This document shows positions 7,859-18,744 of a stretch of DNA of 34,774 bases, in pieces. Within the stretch, counting starts at the first letter, position 1. Each line of letters opens with the position of its first letter. The notes under the pieces are model-generated. The model was not told the origin of the DNA, made no database searches, and saw only the letters and a program-made list of their open reading frames with translations. Position numbers and translations under genes: made by a program. The stretch comes from Candidatus Woesearchaeota archaeon (lineage in GTDB: Archaea; Nanobdellota; Nanobdellia; Woesearchaeales; JACJVV01), in contig JBLKOW010000001.1 in NCBI GenBank assembly GCA_047603135.1, positions 1 through 34,774 of the forward strand, given 5' to 3'.

Positions 7859-8992
7859 CTATTTCCCTACATATTGCCCAACAACTACATCCTTCACCGC
7901 ATCAATGGATTCCGATCGCTCAGGGAGCATATTAACCATATTGACTCCATGCTGAACTTCATGTCCGCTCACATCACGAACTCCTTTAAAGTCTGCATTG
8001 CCAGGTAATTGGAGCTGAGCAATTTCATTAATGACATGACGTGAATATTGGAATGTATTTTCCATGTCAGTCGTTGCGCCAGTTGATAAGTGAAGTGCTT
8101 TTCCAACTACATCAACTAATGATTCCATTTCCATCTGACCTTTGAAGATAATATCCATTGCATCGGCAGTATCAGCAAGCGAATCAGCAACCACTCCACA
8201 TTTTGCAGAGGCACCAGCATACGACTTTGCTTTGTTCTGAAAAATTTCTTTTAGGTGTGCATACCGTGGGATAGATTCATCAAGGCGATACATTCTTCCA
8301 GCTAAATCATGAAGTGCTAATTCGTGTTGATCATAGCTAATCACTGTATCTGCTTTGAATCCTTCTTTTTCAATCGCTTCACGCAATTCTCCAAGCGTTT
8401 CTTCTGCTTTTTTATATGCTTCAATAGTAGCATCTTTTTCATTCAAGAAACTTTCAAACTTACGTGTTGCATCCTCAGCAGCATCTGCATGTACTCGTAC
8501 GACATCATCTATCATTGCTTTATATCCTTCAAATTTTTCTGCATATGCTGAGAGAGCGCGATGATAGTTCTCAGCCTGTTCAATAACCATAGGAATAACA
8601 TCTCCTGGATTTTCAGGTTGATTATAAACAAGTTCTTTTTTGACACCAACTTGTTCTTTTTCTGCTACAGTTTCAGTTGTTCGTATTGTTTTTCGAAGTA
8701 CTGGTACTTCATATGTTGCACCAAATAATGAAATAGTTACTGGTACTTTTTTTTCGACCTCAACTTCTTTTTCTACTGTGTTATAGATCGGTGTTTCTTT
8801 TTCTTCGGCGAGTGAATCTTTCATACACTCATAGAGTTGTTCTCTACTTTGCATAACTGCATCATGCATGGAAGTAAGATTTTCTAAACCTCCACTATGC
8901 ATTTTTCCATTTCCATAATGTTTTTTTCCAAATCCATTTCGTTTTCCTGTTTTACGTGTTGCTTCCGTAAGTAATCCTTCGAGTTTTTGCAT
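7859..8992 (-). CDS. Hypothetical protein (acidic, helix-rich)
   Basis: 377-aa uninterrupted ORF, divergent from the atp operon. I recognise no motif. The plus-strand ORFs inside it are low-complexity shadows. Confidence 0.55.
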   Translation of the reverse strand: MQKLEGLLTEATRKTGKRNGFGKKHYGNGKMHSGGLENLTSMHDAVMQSREQLYECMKDSLAEEKETPIYNTVEKEVEVEKKVPVTISLFGATYEVPVLRKTIRTTETVAEKEQVGVKKELVYNQPENPGDVIPMVIEQAENYHRALSAYAEKFEGYKAMIDDVVRVHADAAEDATRKFESFLNEKDATIEAYKKAEETLGELREAIEKEGFKADTVISYDQHELALHDLAGRMYRLDESIPRYAHLKEIFQNKAKSYAGASAKCGVVADSLADTADAMDIIFKGQMEMESLVDVVGKALHLSTGATTDMENTFQYSRHVINEIAQLQLPGNADFKGVRDVSGHEVQHGVNMVNMLPERSESIDAVKDVVVGQYVGK

Positions 8993-9284
8993 GTAATCAC
9001 CTCATAAACTACATAAAATATGTTTATTAAGGAGTTTCCGACGAGAAAACTGAATAATTTTCAAGAAAATTGAATTATATTCTAAATGGGCGAAAAGGAT
9101 TACTGTTTTTAAGGAAAAAATGAAAGTATTTCCATATATTTGAAAAAATTATTTTTAAGAAAATGTGCATTTCATTCTTCTTCTCTTATCTAATTATGGT
9201 GATTTTGTGGTCACTAGTGTTGTTGTCTTAAACACTCTTAAAAATCATCTATTTTGAATTAACTACTGTTAAGGGAACGCATAC

Positions 9285-9292
9285 TTTTATAA
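9285..9292 (+). promoter_or_regulatory. Candidate TATA box of the atp operon
   Basis: TTTTATAA lies about 60 nt upstream of the atpH ATG in a 360-nt divergent intergenic region. Confidence 0.25.
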
Positions 9293-9352
9293 GTGATAAT
9301 GCTATAATCATAGCAACGAGAGAAAAGAAGACGTTAATTTGGATGTGATATT

Positions 9353-9667
9353 ATGGAAATTCTTACTGAATTAGAGGCCTTTGAAAGAGAACAGGTTAAG
9401 TCTCTTACGAAAGCCAAAGAAAAAGTTCTTGAAAAACTTCAAAGTGAGCAGGAGAATCTCCATGCTGAATATGAGCAAAAAATAAAAAACGCTCGTGCAG
9501 AAAAAGAAAAGCTAATTGCACACGCTAAGCAAAAAGCTGAACGTGATTCACACGAGACTGATGCAATGTATGAAAAAAAGGCTCAAGATATTTCAAAATT
9601 ATTCTCTGCAAAAAAGGATGAGGCAGTAGATCTTATTCTTAAGGAGTTTATCGATAATCATGTTTAG
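9353..9667 (+). CDS. atpH: A-type ATP synthase subunit H
   Basis: 104-aa charged coiled-coil protein. It is the first gene of the canonical H-I-K-E-C-F-A-B-D order and overlaps atpI by 8 nt. Confidence 0.6.
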   Translation: MEILTELEAFEREQVKSLTKAKEKVLEKLQSEQENLHAEYEQKIKNARAEKEKLIAHAKQKAERDSHETDAMYEKKAQDISKLFSAKKDEAVDLILKEFIDNHV

Positions 9668-11657
9668 AACAGCACCGATGTATCACATCGTTACAGCCGT
9701 TCCGCGCATTTCTTTAAGCAGAACGCTTACTCGGTTGCATCATGAAAAAATTAGTCAAGTCATTATTCCAGAAAGTAATGAAGTTCTACCTGTTGGGTCT
9801 TCAAAGGTATCTGATTCATCAAATAAATCTAATACATCAAACGCATCAAATCCTGAGAGTTCTTCTAAAACGGAATCAACTACTGTTTCTTTGCCTGCGG
9901 TCGAATCAATTTTTCAGCGTGTTTCGCAGTTACGTCAAAAATTAGATGAGTATGGGTTGCAACCTAAACGAGATATAATAAAAGAGCTTTTCACACGAAA
10001 AACAGTTTCTAGGAAGAATACAAAACCACATCCAATATATGGCACATCATATGAAAATCTGATTGAAGATACTGAAAAAGCGATTGCTCCTTTAGAAAAT
10101 CAATTAGCTGTTGCTCTTAAAAAGAGTGAGTCGCTTAAAGAGTCTATTGAACATACAGCATATGTAGTTAATGCTCTAAAACGACTTCCAAAAGGATTAC
10201 CAATCAGTGCCCTGCAAAATACTGAATGTATTCATACCATTGTTGGCAATATGTATCTTTCAAAAATTCCACTTATTGAAAAACAACTCAAAGAAAAAGC
10301 ACTGATTCATGTATATCCATTTGACAAAAGTCTTGCAACTATTATTGTAACGTGTACTAAAAAAGATATTGCATTTACTGAGCAGATTGTTCACGATACA
10401 GGCTTTGAAGAATTTATCATTCCGCAAGGAGATGTAACAGTTAAAGAAATGATTGAGCAATTGGAAAAGAGAATAACTAATGCAAAAACAGAGCAAAAGC
10501 AATTACAAACTACTGTAGTTGCATTACAAACTGAATATAATCCGTTATTAAATGATCTCTATATTAAATTATCAATTATTTATGATATTCAAAAAGCAAA
10601 AGGTGCAAGTGCTGGTCTTGAAGGATATGCAACTTTTGAGGCATGGGTTCCACAAAAAGAATTACCACATTTTACAAAGGTAATGGAATCAGAAAATGAA
10701 GGGTACGTATTTTTATACTGTGAAAAAGAAGACGCACCAACACTTCTTGAAAATCCTCAGGTAATCAAACCATTTGAAAGCATTACAGCGTTATATGCAC
10801 TCCCATCCTATAAACAGTTTGATCCAACTCCCATTTTAGCAGTTACCTTTTCACTCTTTTTTGGTTTTATGCTTACTGATGTTATCTACGGTTTAATACT
10901 TCTTATTTTTGGAATACTATTACTGCGTGGCAAGGGTTCATATCATGAAATGACGCGGAACATTAGTATTGTTCTTATTGCATTCGGTGGTGCAACACTA
11001 ATTTTAGGATCGTTATTTGGTTCATACTTTGGAAACTTTTTCCAGAGCTTTGGTATCTCAATTCCAGCATTAATTGATCCTATGTCGCAGGTAATGACTC
11101 TTTTAATATTAACACTTGTGCTCGGCGTCATTCATCTAGGCACAGGTCTGTTTATTGGTTTTATTGAGAATATTCGTAAAGGTGACCCACTCACTGCATT
11201 TCACACGCAAGGTGTATGGATTTTGTTTTTACTCTCAATATTATGCATCGTCGCAGGTTTACAAGCACTTGGTTTATCAATACTCTTTTCATCAGTCATT
11301 CTTCAAATAGTGTTAACATACATTAAAAGTGATGCTATTACGTCAGTACTTTCAATATTTAATTTTCCAAGTTTCATTGGTGACCTATTTTCATATGGAA
11401 GACTAATGGCGCTTGCGCTAGGAACTGCAGGTATTGCGCTTGCGGTTAATTTCATGACAGTACTTTCCTTTAGTATTCCTATTGTTGGACCAGTTATTGC
11501 AGTTCTTATTTTTGTCATTGGTCACACGTTTAATATGGCAATGAATGGACTAGGTGCATTTGTTCACTCGATACGTTTACACTTCCTTGAATTTTTCACG
11601 CGATTTTATGATGCGAATGGAAATAAATATGTACCATTTGGGCACCGAGAGGAATAG
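9660..11657 (+). CDS. atpI: A-type ATP synthase subunit I (stator a-subunit)
   Basis: 665 aa. It has a soluble N-terminal half and a polytopic C-terminal half with the conserved Arg region (LFSYGRLMALALG...HSIRLHFLEFF). Confidence 0.9.
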   Translation: MFRTAPMYHIVTAVPRISLSRTLTRLHHEKISQVIIPESNEVLPVGSSKVSDSSNKSNTSNASNPESSSKTESTTVSLPAVESIFQRVSQLRQKLDEYGLQPKRDIIKELFTRKTVSRKNTKPHPIYGTSYENLIEDTEKAIAPLENQLAVALKKSESLKESIEHTAYVVNALKRLPKGLPISALQNTECIHTIVGNMYLSKIPLIEKQLKEKALIHVYPFDKSLATIIVTCTKKDIAFTEQIVHDTGFEEFIIPQGDVTVKEMIEQLEKRITNAKTEQKQLQTTVVALQTEYNPLLNDLYIKLSIIYDIQKAKGASAGLEGYATFEAWVPQKELPHFTKVMESENEGYVFLYCEKEDAPTLLENPQVIKPFESITALYALPSYKQFDPTPILAVTFSLFFGFMLTDVIYGLILLIFGILLLRGKGSYHEMTRNISIVLIAFGGATLILGSLFGSYFGNFFQSFGISIPALIDPMSQVMTLLILTLVLGVIHLGTGLFIGFIENIRKGDPLTAFHTQGVWILFLLSILCIVAGLQALGLSILFSSVILQIVLTYIKSDAITSVLSIFNFPSFIGDLFSYGRLMALALGTAGIALAVNFMTVLSFSIPIVGPVIAVLIFVIGHTFNMAMNGLGAFVHSIRLHFLEFFTRFYDANGNKYVPFGHREE

Positions 11658-11798
11658 TAAAATAAATGGTAACAAGTAATATAAAATAATATAATAAAAA
11701 ATCAAAATAAATAGAAAGAAAATACAAAACAGAGATAAAAAAATGAAAAAAAGAAATTTACAATCGGAAATAAAAAAAATAACAGATGAGGTGTTAGC

Positions 11799-12284
11799 AT
11801 GAGCATAACATTAGGAACAGTATATGCAATTCTTGGCGCTGCAACAGCAATGGGATTTGCAGGGATTGCAACTGCAATCGGTGTAAAATCAGCAGGCGTT
11901 GCTGCAGCAGGTGCAGTTGCTGAGCGAAAGGAGAATTTTAAGAGTGCACTTGTTTTACAAGCACTTCCTCAAACGCAAACAGTTTATGCATTCATTATTT
12001 CACTTTTGATAATGATGGGAGCAGGACTTCTTGGTGGAGGAGCACGTGAACTTACCACATGGCAAGGATTATCTATGTTTGGTGCAGGACTTGCAGTAGC
12101 ATTAACCGGTATTTCAGCTGTGTTTCAGGGATTAGTTTCTGGTGCAGGTATTGTGGGATGTGCAAAGAATGAAAGTGCATTCGCTCCAAGTTTAATCTTT
12201 TCAGGGCAGTGTGAGACTCCAGCTATCTTTGGATTCATTGTCGCATTGATATTACTCGTTGTTGGAATTGGGGTGCTTGGTTAA
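11799..12284 (+). CDS. atpK: A-type ATP synthase proteolipid subunit K, duplicated (4 TM) form
   Basis: 161 aa forming two hairpins. Helix 2 carries ALPQTQTVYAF (Gln where the carboxylate normally sits). Helix 4 carries SGQCETPAIFGF (Glu retained). The SD-like GAGGTG precedes the ATG. Confidence 0.9.
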   Translation: MSITLGTVYAILGAATAMGFAGIATAIGVKSAGVAAAGAVAERKENFKSALVLQALPQTQTVYAFIISLLIMMGAGLLGGGARELTTWQGLSMFGAGLAVALTGISAVFQGLVSGAGIVGCAKNESAFAPSLIFSGQCETPAIFGFIVALILLVVGIGVLG

Positions 12285-12839
12285 ATGCGCATGATTGGAA
12301 ATCCTGAACGATTGAAGAAGAGTATTAGTATGCATTATGCTAAAATTCTTAAGGAATTTGAGGAGACTGAGCGTACAAAGGCTGCACGCGATATTGCTGA
12401 AATTCATGATAAGTTTGAGAAACAACTCATTGCAATTCAGAAGCAGACTGAGGATGAAGAAAAATCAGCATACAGAACAACCATTTCTGCACGAACAATC
12501 TCATCAAAGAAAGCATATGAAGGTATTCGTGAACGTTTAATAGGTGATGTTTTCAGTGAAGCACTTAAGAAAGTTCCTCATGTTTTAACAAGTGAGGAAT
12601 ATATAAAAAAGGTGCAAAAAAATCTTGAGTCAACGAACTATGATAAAATAGAGGGTGGATACTCAGAATATGGTAGTCATTTTCCAGGTATTGTAATTAA
12701 TCATAAATTAAAAGGGATAATTGCACATGCAGGAAATGCGTACTTTGATTTTACATACACCTCGTATATTTTATCAAGTAAACAAGAGATTCGTCAAAAG
12801 ATTATCGCACTTATTTCAAATAGAAAAGGAGGAATCTAA
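12285..12839 (+). CDS. atpE: A-type ATP synthase subunit E
   Basis: 184 aa with an N-terminal coiled coil and a C-terminal globular part. Its position in the operon fits subunit E. Confidence 0.75.
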   Translation: MRMIGNPERLKKSISMHYAKILKEFEETERTKAARDIAEIHDKFEKQLIAIQKQTEDEEKSAYRTTISARTISSKKAYEGIRERLIGDVFSEALKKVPHVLTSEEYIKKVQKNLESTNYDKIEGGYSEYGSHFPGIVINHKLKGIIAHAGNAYFDFTYTSYILSSKQEIRQKIIALISNRKGGI

Positions 12840-13927
12840 TGTTAGCAGAAACAGGGATTATTGTTGGGGGAACTGCAGTTGCAGCGGGTACACTTGCAAT
12901 AGTTGCCTATAAAAACTTACAAGAAGGTTCTTATTTGTATGTGAACGCACGAATTGCATCACGCTCGTCAGAGCGTATTTCGCAGCAGAAATACGTACAA
13001 CTTGCTCATCTTTCCCATCTAAAAGATGTTGTTTCTGCACTCCGTGAGACATCATATTATCCTTATCTTGAACAAAATAATGGACATGATGTTCTTTCAT
13101 ATGATAAAGCACTTGAAGAAGCTCAGATTCATGCATTTGAAGAAATGAAGAAGTTATCTCCTGCACGACTTCACCCAGTTCTTGATGCATATGGTCTTCG
13201 TTTTGAAACACCCTTCTTGAAAGCAATTTTCAGGTCATTATTTACCAAAAAAGTGCTTGATACAAAATATCTTCCGACCGCAGGAGTAAATCCATTATTT
13301 GTTCAGCGTTTAAGTACAGCAAAAACTCTCGGTGATTTAGCAGTTATTTTACATAATAGTCCTTATCAAGGCTTGCTCGATACTTCATACCCAACAATTG
13401 AAGCGTTTGATGTCGCACTTGATAAACATGTGTATTGTATTTTAGAAAAATCATTATCAAAGCTACGCACATTCGACGCACAGTCATTGCGTGATTTGTT
13501 TGTGTATGAAAACTCAATTGATAATATCTTATCATTAATTCGTATTCGTCTTAGAGGAATTGATTGGAAATTAGTTACTGGTGAGACTGTTGGTTTTTAT
13601 GATGTATATGGCGTTTTACTTGACGATGCTCTTCGCGCGCCATCTATGAAAGCATTTGTCGAACTCTTTAAAGATACACCGCTATATGATACATTAAAAC
13701 ATACACTTGCAACAGCTGGAGAAAAAAATGTCCGTGCCTATGAGCATGCGTTAATCTCTGCAAAAATAAAATATGTTAATGATAATAATGTAGGTAAATC
13801 AACAAGTCCTTATTCAATCTTTGCGTATCTTATGCATATTGGATATGAGCGTCGTAATTTACTCGTCGTTGCAAAAGCCGTTACTGGTGGAATTCCAAAA
13901 GAAGATGTTCAGGAGTTGATAGTATGA
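12839..13927 (+). CDS. atpC: A-type ATP synthase subunit C
   Basis: 362 aa, helical. Assigned by operon position and size. Its start overlaps the atpE stop by 1 nt. Confidence 0.8.
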   Translation: MLAETGIIVGGTAVAAGTLAIVAYKNLQEGSYLYVNARIASRSSERISQQKYVQLAHLSHLKDVVSALRETSYYPYLEQNNGHDVLSYDKALEEAQIHAFEEMKKLSPARLHPVLDAYGLRFETPFLKAIFRSLFTKKVLDTKYLPTAGVNPLFVQRLSTAKTLGDLAVILHNSPYQGLLDTSYPTIEAFDVALDKHVYCILEKSLSKLRTFDAQSLRDLFVYENSIDNILSLIRIRLRGIDWKLVTGETVGFYDVYGVLLDDALRAPSMKAFVELFKDTPLYDTLKHTLATAGEKNVRAYEHALISAKIKYVNDNNVGKSTSPYSIFAYLMHIGYERRNLLVVAKAVTGGIPKEDVQELIV

Positions 13928-14247
13928 GTCAAAATATCTCAGCAACAAACACTGCATCGCATACACGATTAATTGTAATTTCACATGAAGAATTTGCACT
14001 AGGAATGCGTCTTGCAGGAGTGCGAGAGAGTTATGCAGTAAATAATAAAGAAGAAGCATTAAAAGCATATCAAACAATAACACCTGATGCGTTTGTAATT
14101 GTAACTGAAGGTATAACTGAGTTAATTCCAGAGCTAAAAGAGCTTGCTAACGTAGTTATTTTTCCAGACAAAGTAGGTGACTTTTCAAACATATCTGATT
14201 TAAAGAGAATTACACGAATCGCAATTGGTTCAGAAATTGAATTATAA
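13924..14247 (+). CDS. atpF: A-type ATP synthase subunit F
   Basis: 107 aa with LIVISHEEFALGMRLAGV, typical of subunit F. ATGA overlap with atpC. Confidence 0.8.
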   Translation: MSQNISATNTASHTRLIVISHEEFALGMRLAGVRESYAVNNKEEALKAYQTITPDAFVIVTEGITELIPELKELANVVIFPDKVGDFSNISDLKRITRIAIGSEIEL

Positions 14248-14266
14248 TAATGTATGAGGGTACACA

Positions 14267-16486
14267 ATGACAAACGAAAATAGATTACAAGGATCAATTA
14301 AAAGCATTGCAGGGCCACTAGTAGTTGGAAGAGACATGCAAGGCGTAAAAATGTATGATTTAGTTAAGGTTGGAAAACTAAAGCTAATGGGTGAAGTAAT
14401 TCAACTGCGAAATGACACTGCATATATTCAAGTCTATGAAGATACATCTGGTCTTACTACTGGTGAAGAAATTGTCTCAACAGATATGCCATTAAGTGTT
14501 GAATTAGGTCCTGGATTACTTGGAAGCATTCTTGACGGTGTTGGACGCCCGCTTCCTATTATTGCAGAGAAAACAGGAACATACATTGCTCGTGGTGTGG
14601 AAGCTCCCACGATAAATAAAGAAAGACGATATGAATTCTCTCCTTCTATTAAAGAGGGTGATGATGTTGTTCCTGGTCAAGTTCTAGGTTCAGTAAAAGA
14701 AACCGACCTCATTAAACATTACATAATGGTTCCTGTTGGTGTTGTTGGTCGTGTTAAAGACATAATTCCTGGTACATGTACTGCAAAGGATGTTATTGCA
14801 CGAATCCAAACTGCAGGAGGCACTCATGAAATTACATTAGCACAGTGGTGGCCGGTACGTCGCTCACGTCCTGTAAAGAAAAAGCTTGACCCTGCAGAAA
14901 TGCTTGTATCAGGACAGCGTGTTTTCGATACTTTCTTTCCGTTAGTTAAAGGTGGTACTGCAGCTATTCCTGGTCCTTTTGGTTCAGGGAAAACAGTATC
15001 TCAGCATCAGCTTGCAAAATGGGTTAATGCTGATATTGTTGTCTACATTGGTTGTGGTGAGCGTGGAAATGAGATGACTGAAGTACTCAAAGAATTTCCT
15101 GAATTAATAGATCCTAAGACTGGTAAACCACTTATGGAGCGAACAGTTCTTATCGCAAACACAAGTAACATGCCAGTTGCTGCGCGTGAAGCGTCTATTT
15201 ATACAGGGATTACTATTGCAGAATATTATCGTGACATGGGATATGATGTAGCATTAATGGCAGATTCAACATCGCGCTGGGCTGAAGCACTTCGTGAAAT
15301 GTCCTCTCGTCTTGAAGAAATGCCTGGTGAGGAAGGATATCCTGCATACTTATCTTCTCGTCTTGCACAATTTTATGAGCGTGCAGGTAAAGTGGTAACT
15401 CTTAATAATAAAAATTCATCATTATCGATTATTGGTGCAGTTTCTCCTCCTGGTGGAGACTTTTCAGAACCAGTCACACAAAATACCTTGCGTATTACCA
15501 AAGTATTCTGGGGGCTTGATGCAAAACTAGCATACAAGAGACACTTCCCTTCAATTAATTGGTTGACTTCATACTCGCTTTATAGCGATAAATTACATAG
15601 CTTTTACGAAAAAGTTGATGCAGACTTTCCTGATTTAATAAACACGGCAATGTCATTGCTTCAAAAAGAATCCGAACTACAAGAAATTGTTCAGTTAGTT
15701 GGTCCAGATGCACTTCCTGATAATGATCGGCTCGTGCTCCATACCGCGCGAAAGCTACGTGAAGATTATTTACAACAGCACGCTTTTCATGATATTGACT
15801 CCTATTGTTCACTTGAAAAGCAACATATGATGCTTAAAGTAATTATTGATTATCATAATGTACTCAATAGCTTTATCAAAAAAGGATCTAAGTTTGTAAC
15901 ACTTGTTGATGAAAAGATTGATGAGCAAATTGCACGAATTAAATATCAAAAAGATAGTAAAAAATATGTTGCTAATATTTATGATATGATTGAGAAAACA
16001 CGTCCAAAGTCTGTAAGTGAGCGAAAAGATGAAACAGATAAAGAAGGACGAGATGCACAGAAAAAAGCAGATGAGAAAAAAGAGCAAAACGCGCAAAATG
16101 AATCTCGAAGTAACACTCGCAAAGAAACTAAAAAAGAAGTCGCCACAGAAACTAAAAAAGAATCGACTCGAGCGCACTCAGCGTATTTATCAAAAGAATC
16201 TGCTAAAACATCTACTCGTAAGAGTGTAAGTAGTAATAGTAGAAAAAGTGCTGCTAAAAAAGCAAAAAATAAGCTACGTAAAAATCCAAAAAAACGTACA
16301 AAAGTAAAAAAAAGTATGGCACAAAACGCTTCTAAAAAAGTAGCAAAAAAGCCAGTAAAGCGCTCAAATTCGCAAAAACCATCAAAATCGCAAAGAAGCA
16401 ATTCAAAACGTAAAACTGCAGGAAAAAGTTCTGCACGAAAGCGACCACTGTCGCGCAAGCCTAAATCAAGGAAGGTGAAATCATGA
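14267..16486 (+). CDS. atpA: A-type ATP synthase catalytic subunit A with an unusual Lys/Ser/Arg-rich C-terminal extension
   Basis: It has the Walker A motif [17 protein letters not shown], and [16 protein letters not shown]. The homologous core ends near residue 575-585. About 160 low-complexity basic residues follow before the stop, which overlaps the atpB start (ATGA). Confidence 0.95.
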   Translation: MTNENRLQGSIKSIAGPLVVGRDMQGVKMYDLVKVGKLKLMGEVIQLRNDTAYIQVYEDTSGLTTGEEIVSTDMPLSVELGPGLLGSILDGVGRPLPIIAEKTGTYIARGVEAPTINKERRYEFSPSIKEGDDVVPGQVLGSVKETDLIKHYIMVPVGVVGRVKDIIPGTCTAKDVIARIQTAGGTHEITLAQWWPVRRSRPVKKKLDPAEMLVSGQRVFDTFFPLVKGGTAAIPGPFGSGKTVSQHQLAKWVNADIVVYIGCGERGNEMTEVLKEFPELIDPKTGKPLMERTVLIANTSNMPVAAREASIYTGITIAEYYRDMGYDVALMADSTSRWAEALREMSSRLEEMPGEEGYPAYLSSRLAQFYERAGKVVTLNNKNSSLSIIGAVSPPGGDFSEPVTQNTLRITKVFWGLDAKLAYKRHFPSINWLTSYSLYSDKLHSFYEKVDADFPDLINTAMSLLQKESELQEIVQLVGPDALPDNDRLVLHTARKLREDYLQQHAFHDIDSYCSLEKQHMMLKVIIDYHNVLNSFIKKGSKFVTLVDEKIDEQIARIKYQKDSKKYVANIYDMIEKTRPKSVSERKDETDKEGRDAQKKADEKKEQNAQNESRSNTRKETKKEVATETKKESTRAHSAYLSKESAKTSTRKSVSSNSRKSAAKKAKNKLRKNPKKRTKVKKSMAQNASKKVAKKPVKRSNSQKPSKSQRSNSKRKTAGKSSARKRPLSRKPKSRKVKS

Positions 16487-17859
16487 TTAAAGAATATACT
16501 TCAGTAACAAACGTAATCGGCCCTTTGGTCGTAGTAGAAGGCGTTAGTAATGTTGCGTACGGTGAAATTGTTACCATCAGAACTGCAAATAATGAACAAC
16601 GTATGGGTCAAGTTCTTGAAATAGGTGAAGGTCGTGCTATTGTGCAAGTCTTTCAAGGAACAACTGGAATTGACACACGTAATACGCGTGTAAGATTCAC
16701 TGCTGAAACCATGAAGATCAATGTAAGTCCTGATATGCTTGGTCGTGTTTTTAGTGGTGTTGGAAAGCCACTTGATGGACAGCCTGATGTTATTCAAGAA
16801 GCACGGCTTGATGTAAACGGTAATCCGCTTAATCCATCCTCACGTGAATATCCTTCTGAATTTATTCAAACAGGAATCTCAGCAATAGATGTTATGAACA
16901 CATTAGTTCGTGGACAAAAATTACCTATTTTTTCTGGCTCAGGTCTTCCTCATAATAAACTTGCAAGTCAGATTGCAAAGCAAGCGCGCGTTCTTGGGAA
17001 AGATGAACAGTTTGCAGTAGTATTTGCGGCTATGGGAATTACTTTTGAAGAAGCACAATTCTTTAGGAGTGAGTTTGAAAAAACAGGTGCAATGAATAAT
17101 GTTGTCATGTTTCTTAATTTAGCAGATGATCCTGCAATTGAGCGAATAATAACCCCAAGAATGGCACTTACTACAGCAGAATATTTAGCATATGAAAAAG
17201 ATATGCATATCTTAGTAATCTTAACTGATATGACTAATTATTGTGAGGCGCTACGTGAGATTTCAGCAGCGCGAAGTGAAGTTCCTGGAAGACGAGGATA
17301 TCCTGGATACATGTATACTGACTTAGCAGCACTCTATGAGCGTGCAGGAAAAGTAAAGGGAAAAACAGGTACATTAACACAAATGCCAATTATATCGATG
17401 CCTGATGATGACATTACGCATCCCATCCCTGATTTAACAGGATATATCACTGAAGGACAATTTGTACTTAGTCGTGATTTACATAGAGGGGGAATTTATG
17501 CTCCTGTTGATGTTCTTCCATCGCTGTCTCGGCTCATGAAAAAAGGAATTGGTGAAGGAAAAACACGAAATGACCACGATGATGTTTCTAACCAATTATA
17601 TGCTGCGTATGCACGAGGAAGAGAACTTCGCGACTTAGTTGCAGTTATTGGTAAGGAGTCCCTTGCAGAAGTTGATCGAAAGTTCCTTGACTTTGCAGAA
17701 GAGTATGAACAAACATTTGTTAATCAACCTTACACTGAGGATCGTGCTGTCACGGAAAGTCTTGACAAGGCATGGGAATTACTGCGAAAACTTCCTCGCA
17801 GTGAGCTGAAGCGTATTAGTGTTGAAATACTTGACGAATATTATAATAAGGAAAATTAA
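16483..17859 (+). CDS. atpB: A-type ATP synthase subunit B
   Basis: 458 aa with [51 protein letters not shown], and ITEGQ. Confidence 0.95.
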   Translation: MIKEYTSVTNVIGPLVVVEGVSNVAYGEIVTIRTANNEQRMGQVLEIGEGRAIVQVFQGTTGIDTRNTRVRFTAETMKINVSPDMLGRVFSGVGKPLDGQPDVIQEARLDVNGNPLNPSSREYPSEFIQTGISAIDVMNTLVRGQKLPIFSGSGLPHNKLASQIAKQARVLGKDEQFAVVFAAMGITFEEAQFFRSEFEKTGAMNNVVMFLNLADDPAIERIITPRMALTTAEYLAYEKDMHILVILTDMTNYCEALREISAARSEVPGRRGYPGYMYTDLAALYERAGKVKGKTGTLTQMPIISMPDDDITHPIPDLTGYITEGQFVLSRDLHRGGIYAPVDVLPSLSRLMKKGIGEGKTRNDHDDVSNQLYAAYARGRELRDLVAVIGKESLAEVDRKFLDFAEEYEQTFVNQPYTEDRAVTESLDKAWELLRKLPRSELKRISVEILDEYYNKEN

Positions 17860-17936
17860 GGTAGCTAAGCAAAAGTACTTGTACAGTAAAACTAAATGAA
17901 AGAATAAAAGTACCAAGTTGTTCAAAAAAAGTAAAA

Positions 17937-18542
17937 ATGGAAACTATAAAACCAACACGAATGGAATTAATCCGAACAAAGCGTCGCATAGTTCTTGCAA
18001 AAAAAGGGCATAAACTCCTCAAGCAAAAACGAGACGTTCTTGTTATGGAGTTTTTCTCTTTGCTTAAGGAAATTAAAGTTATTCGTCAGCGCCTTGCAGA
18101 TACACTTGGGAATGCTCAAACATCTCTTGCACGCGCAATTGCAATGGAAGGTATGGTGACCGTTCAGCGTCTTGCTCTTGGTATGACTGATAAATTAGAT
18201 ATATCTTTTACTCGGGCGCGTATGATGGGAGTAGAAGTCTCTCGTCTTGAAAATTTAAACCCTTCGTATCAATGGCCTGGTTATCTAGGACATTCAGTTG
18301 AATTAACAAATGCAATTGTATTGTATCGAAATGTATTTTCAGACTTTGTACATCTTGCTGAAAAACAGCATGCGCTCAATAAACTTGGTGAAGAGATTCA
18401 GCGGACAAAAAGGCGTGTTAATGCACTTGAATTTATTCGTATGCCTTTCTTAGCAAAAGCAAAGAAACAAATTGCATTTAGATTAGAAGAACTTGAACGT
18501 GAAAATTTCTCACGTCTAAAACAACTCAAGAAAAAGAATTAA
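17937..18542 (+). CDS. atpD: A-type ATP synthase subunit D (central stalk)
   Basis: 201 aa. PTRMELIRTKRRIVLAKKGHKLLKQKRDVLVMEF is the subunit D N-terminal signature. Confidence 0.9.
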   Translation: METIKPTRMELIRTKRRIVLAKKGHKLLKQKRDVLVMEFFSLLKEIKVIRQRLADTLGNAQTSLARAIAMEGMVTVQRLALGMTDKLDISFTRARMMGVEVSRLENLNPSYQWPGYLGHSVELTNAIVLYRNVFSDFVHLAEKQHALNKLGEEIQRTKRRVNALEFIRMPFLAKAKKQIAFRLEELERENFSRLKQLKKKN

Positions 18543-18606
18543 TGCAACATAACTATTAACCTAACTATTGTATACGTCTTGCATATGTCCTGTATATCTC
18601 CTGCTC

Positions 18607-18744
18607 ATGAAATCAATTCACCATCGAAAAAAGAATGAACGCCTCGTCATTTTGCTTGGGTTTGCTCGGCTCTTTTCTGAAATAACTATAGTTATTGGTT
18701 TTTTAACACTTATTGGCATAGTGGTGTATCATTTATTTTTTTAA
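18607..18744 (+). CDS. Possible 45-aa single-TM micro-protein (speculative)
   Basis: MKSIHHRKKNERLVILLGFARLFSEITIVIGFLTLIGIVVYHLFF has a basic head and one hydrophobic helix. It is below the ORF-track size cutoff and lies in an otherwise unexplained 343-nt spacer. Confidence 0.2.
   Translation: MKSIHHRKKNERLVILLGFARLFSEITIVIGFLTLIGIVVYHLFF

Noticed and set aside
15809-16458. Minus-strand ORFs 15809-16177 (122 aa) and 15979-16458 (159 aa), plus plus-strand 16017-16229.
   Set aside because: They are Phe/Leu/Ser-rich mirror translations of the Lys/Glu/Ser-rich atpA tail. These are low-complexity shadows fully inside a strongly supported gene.
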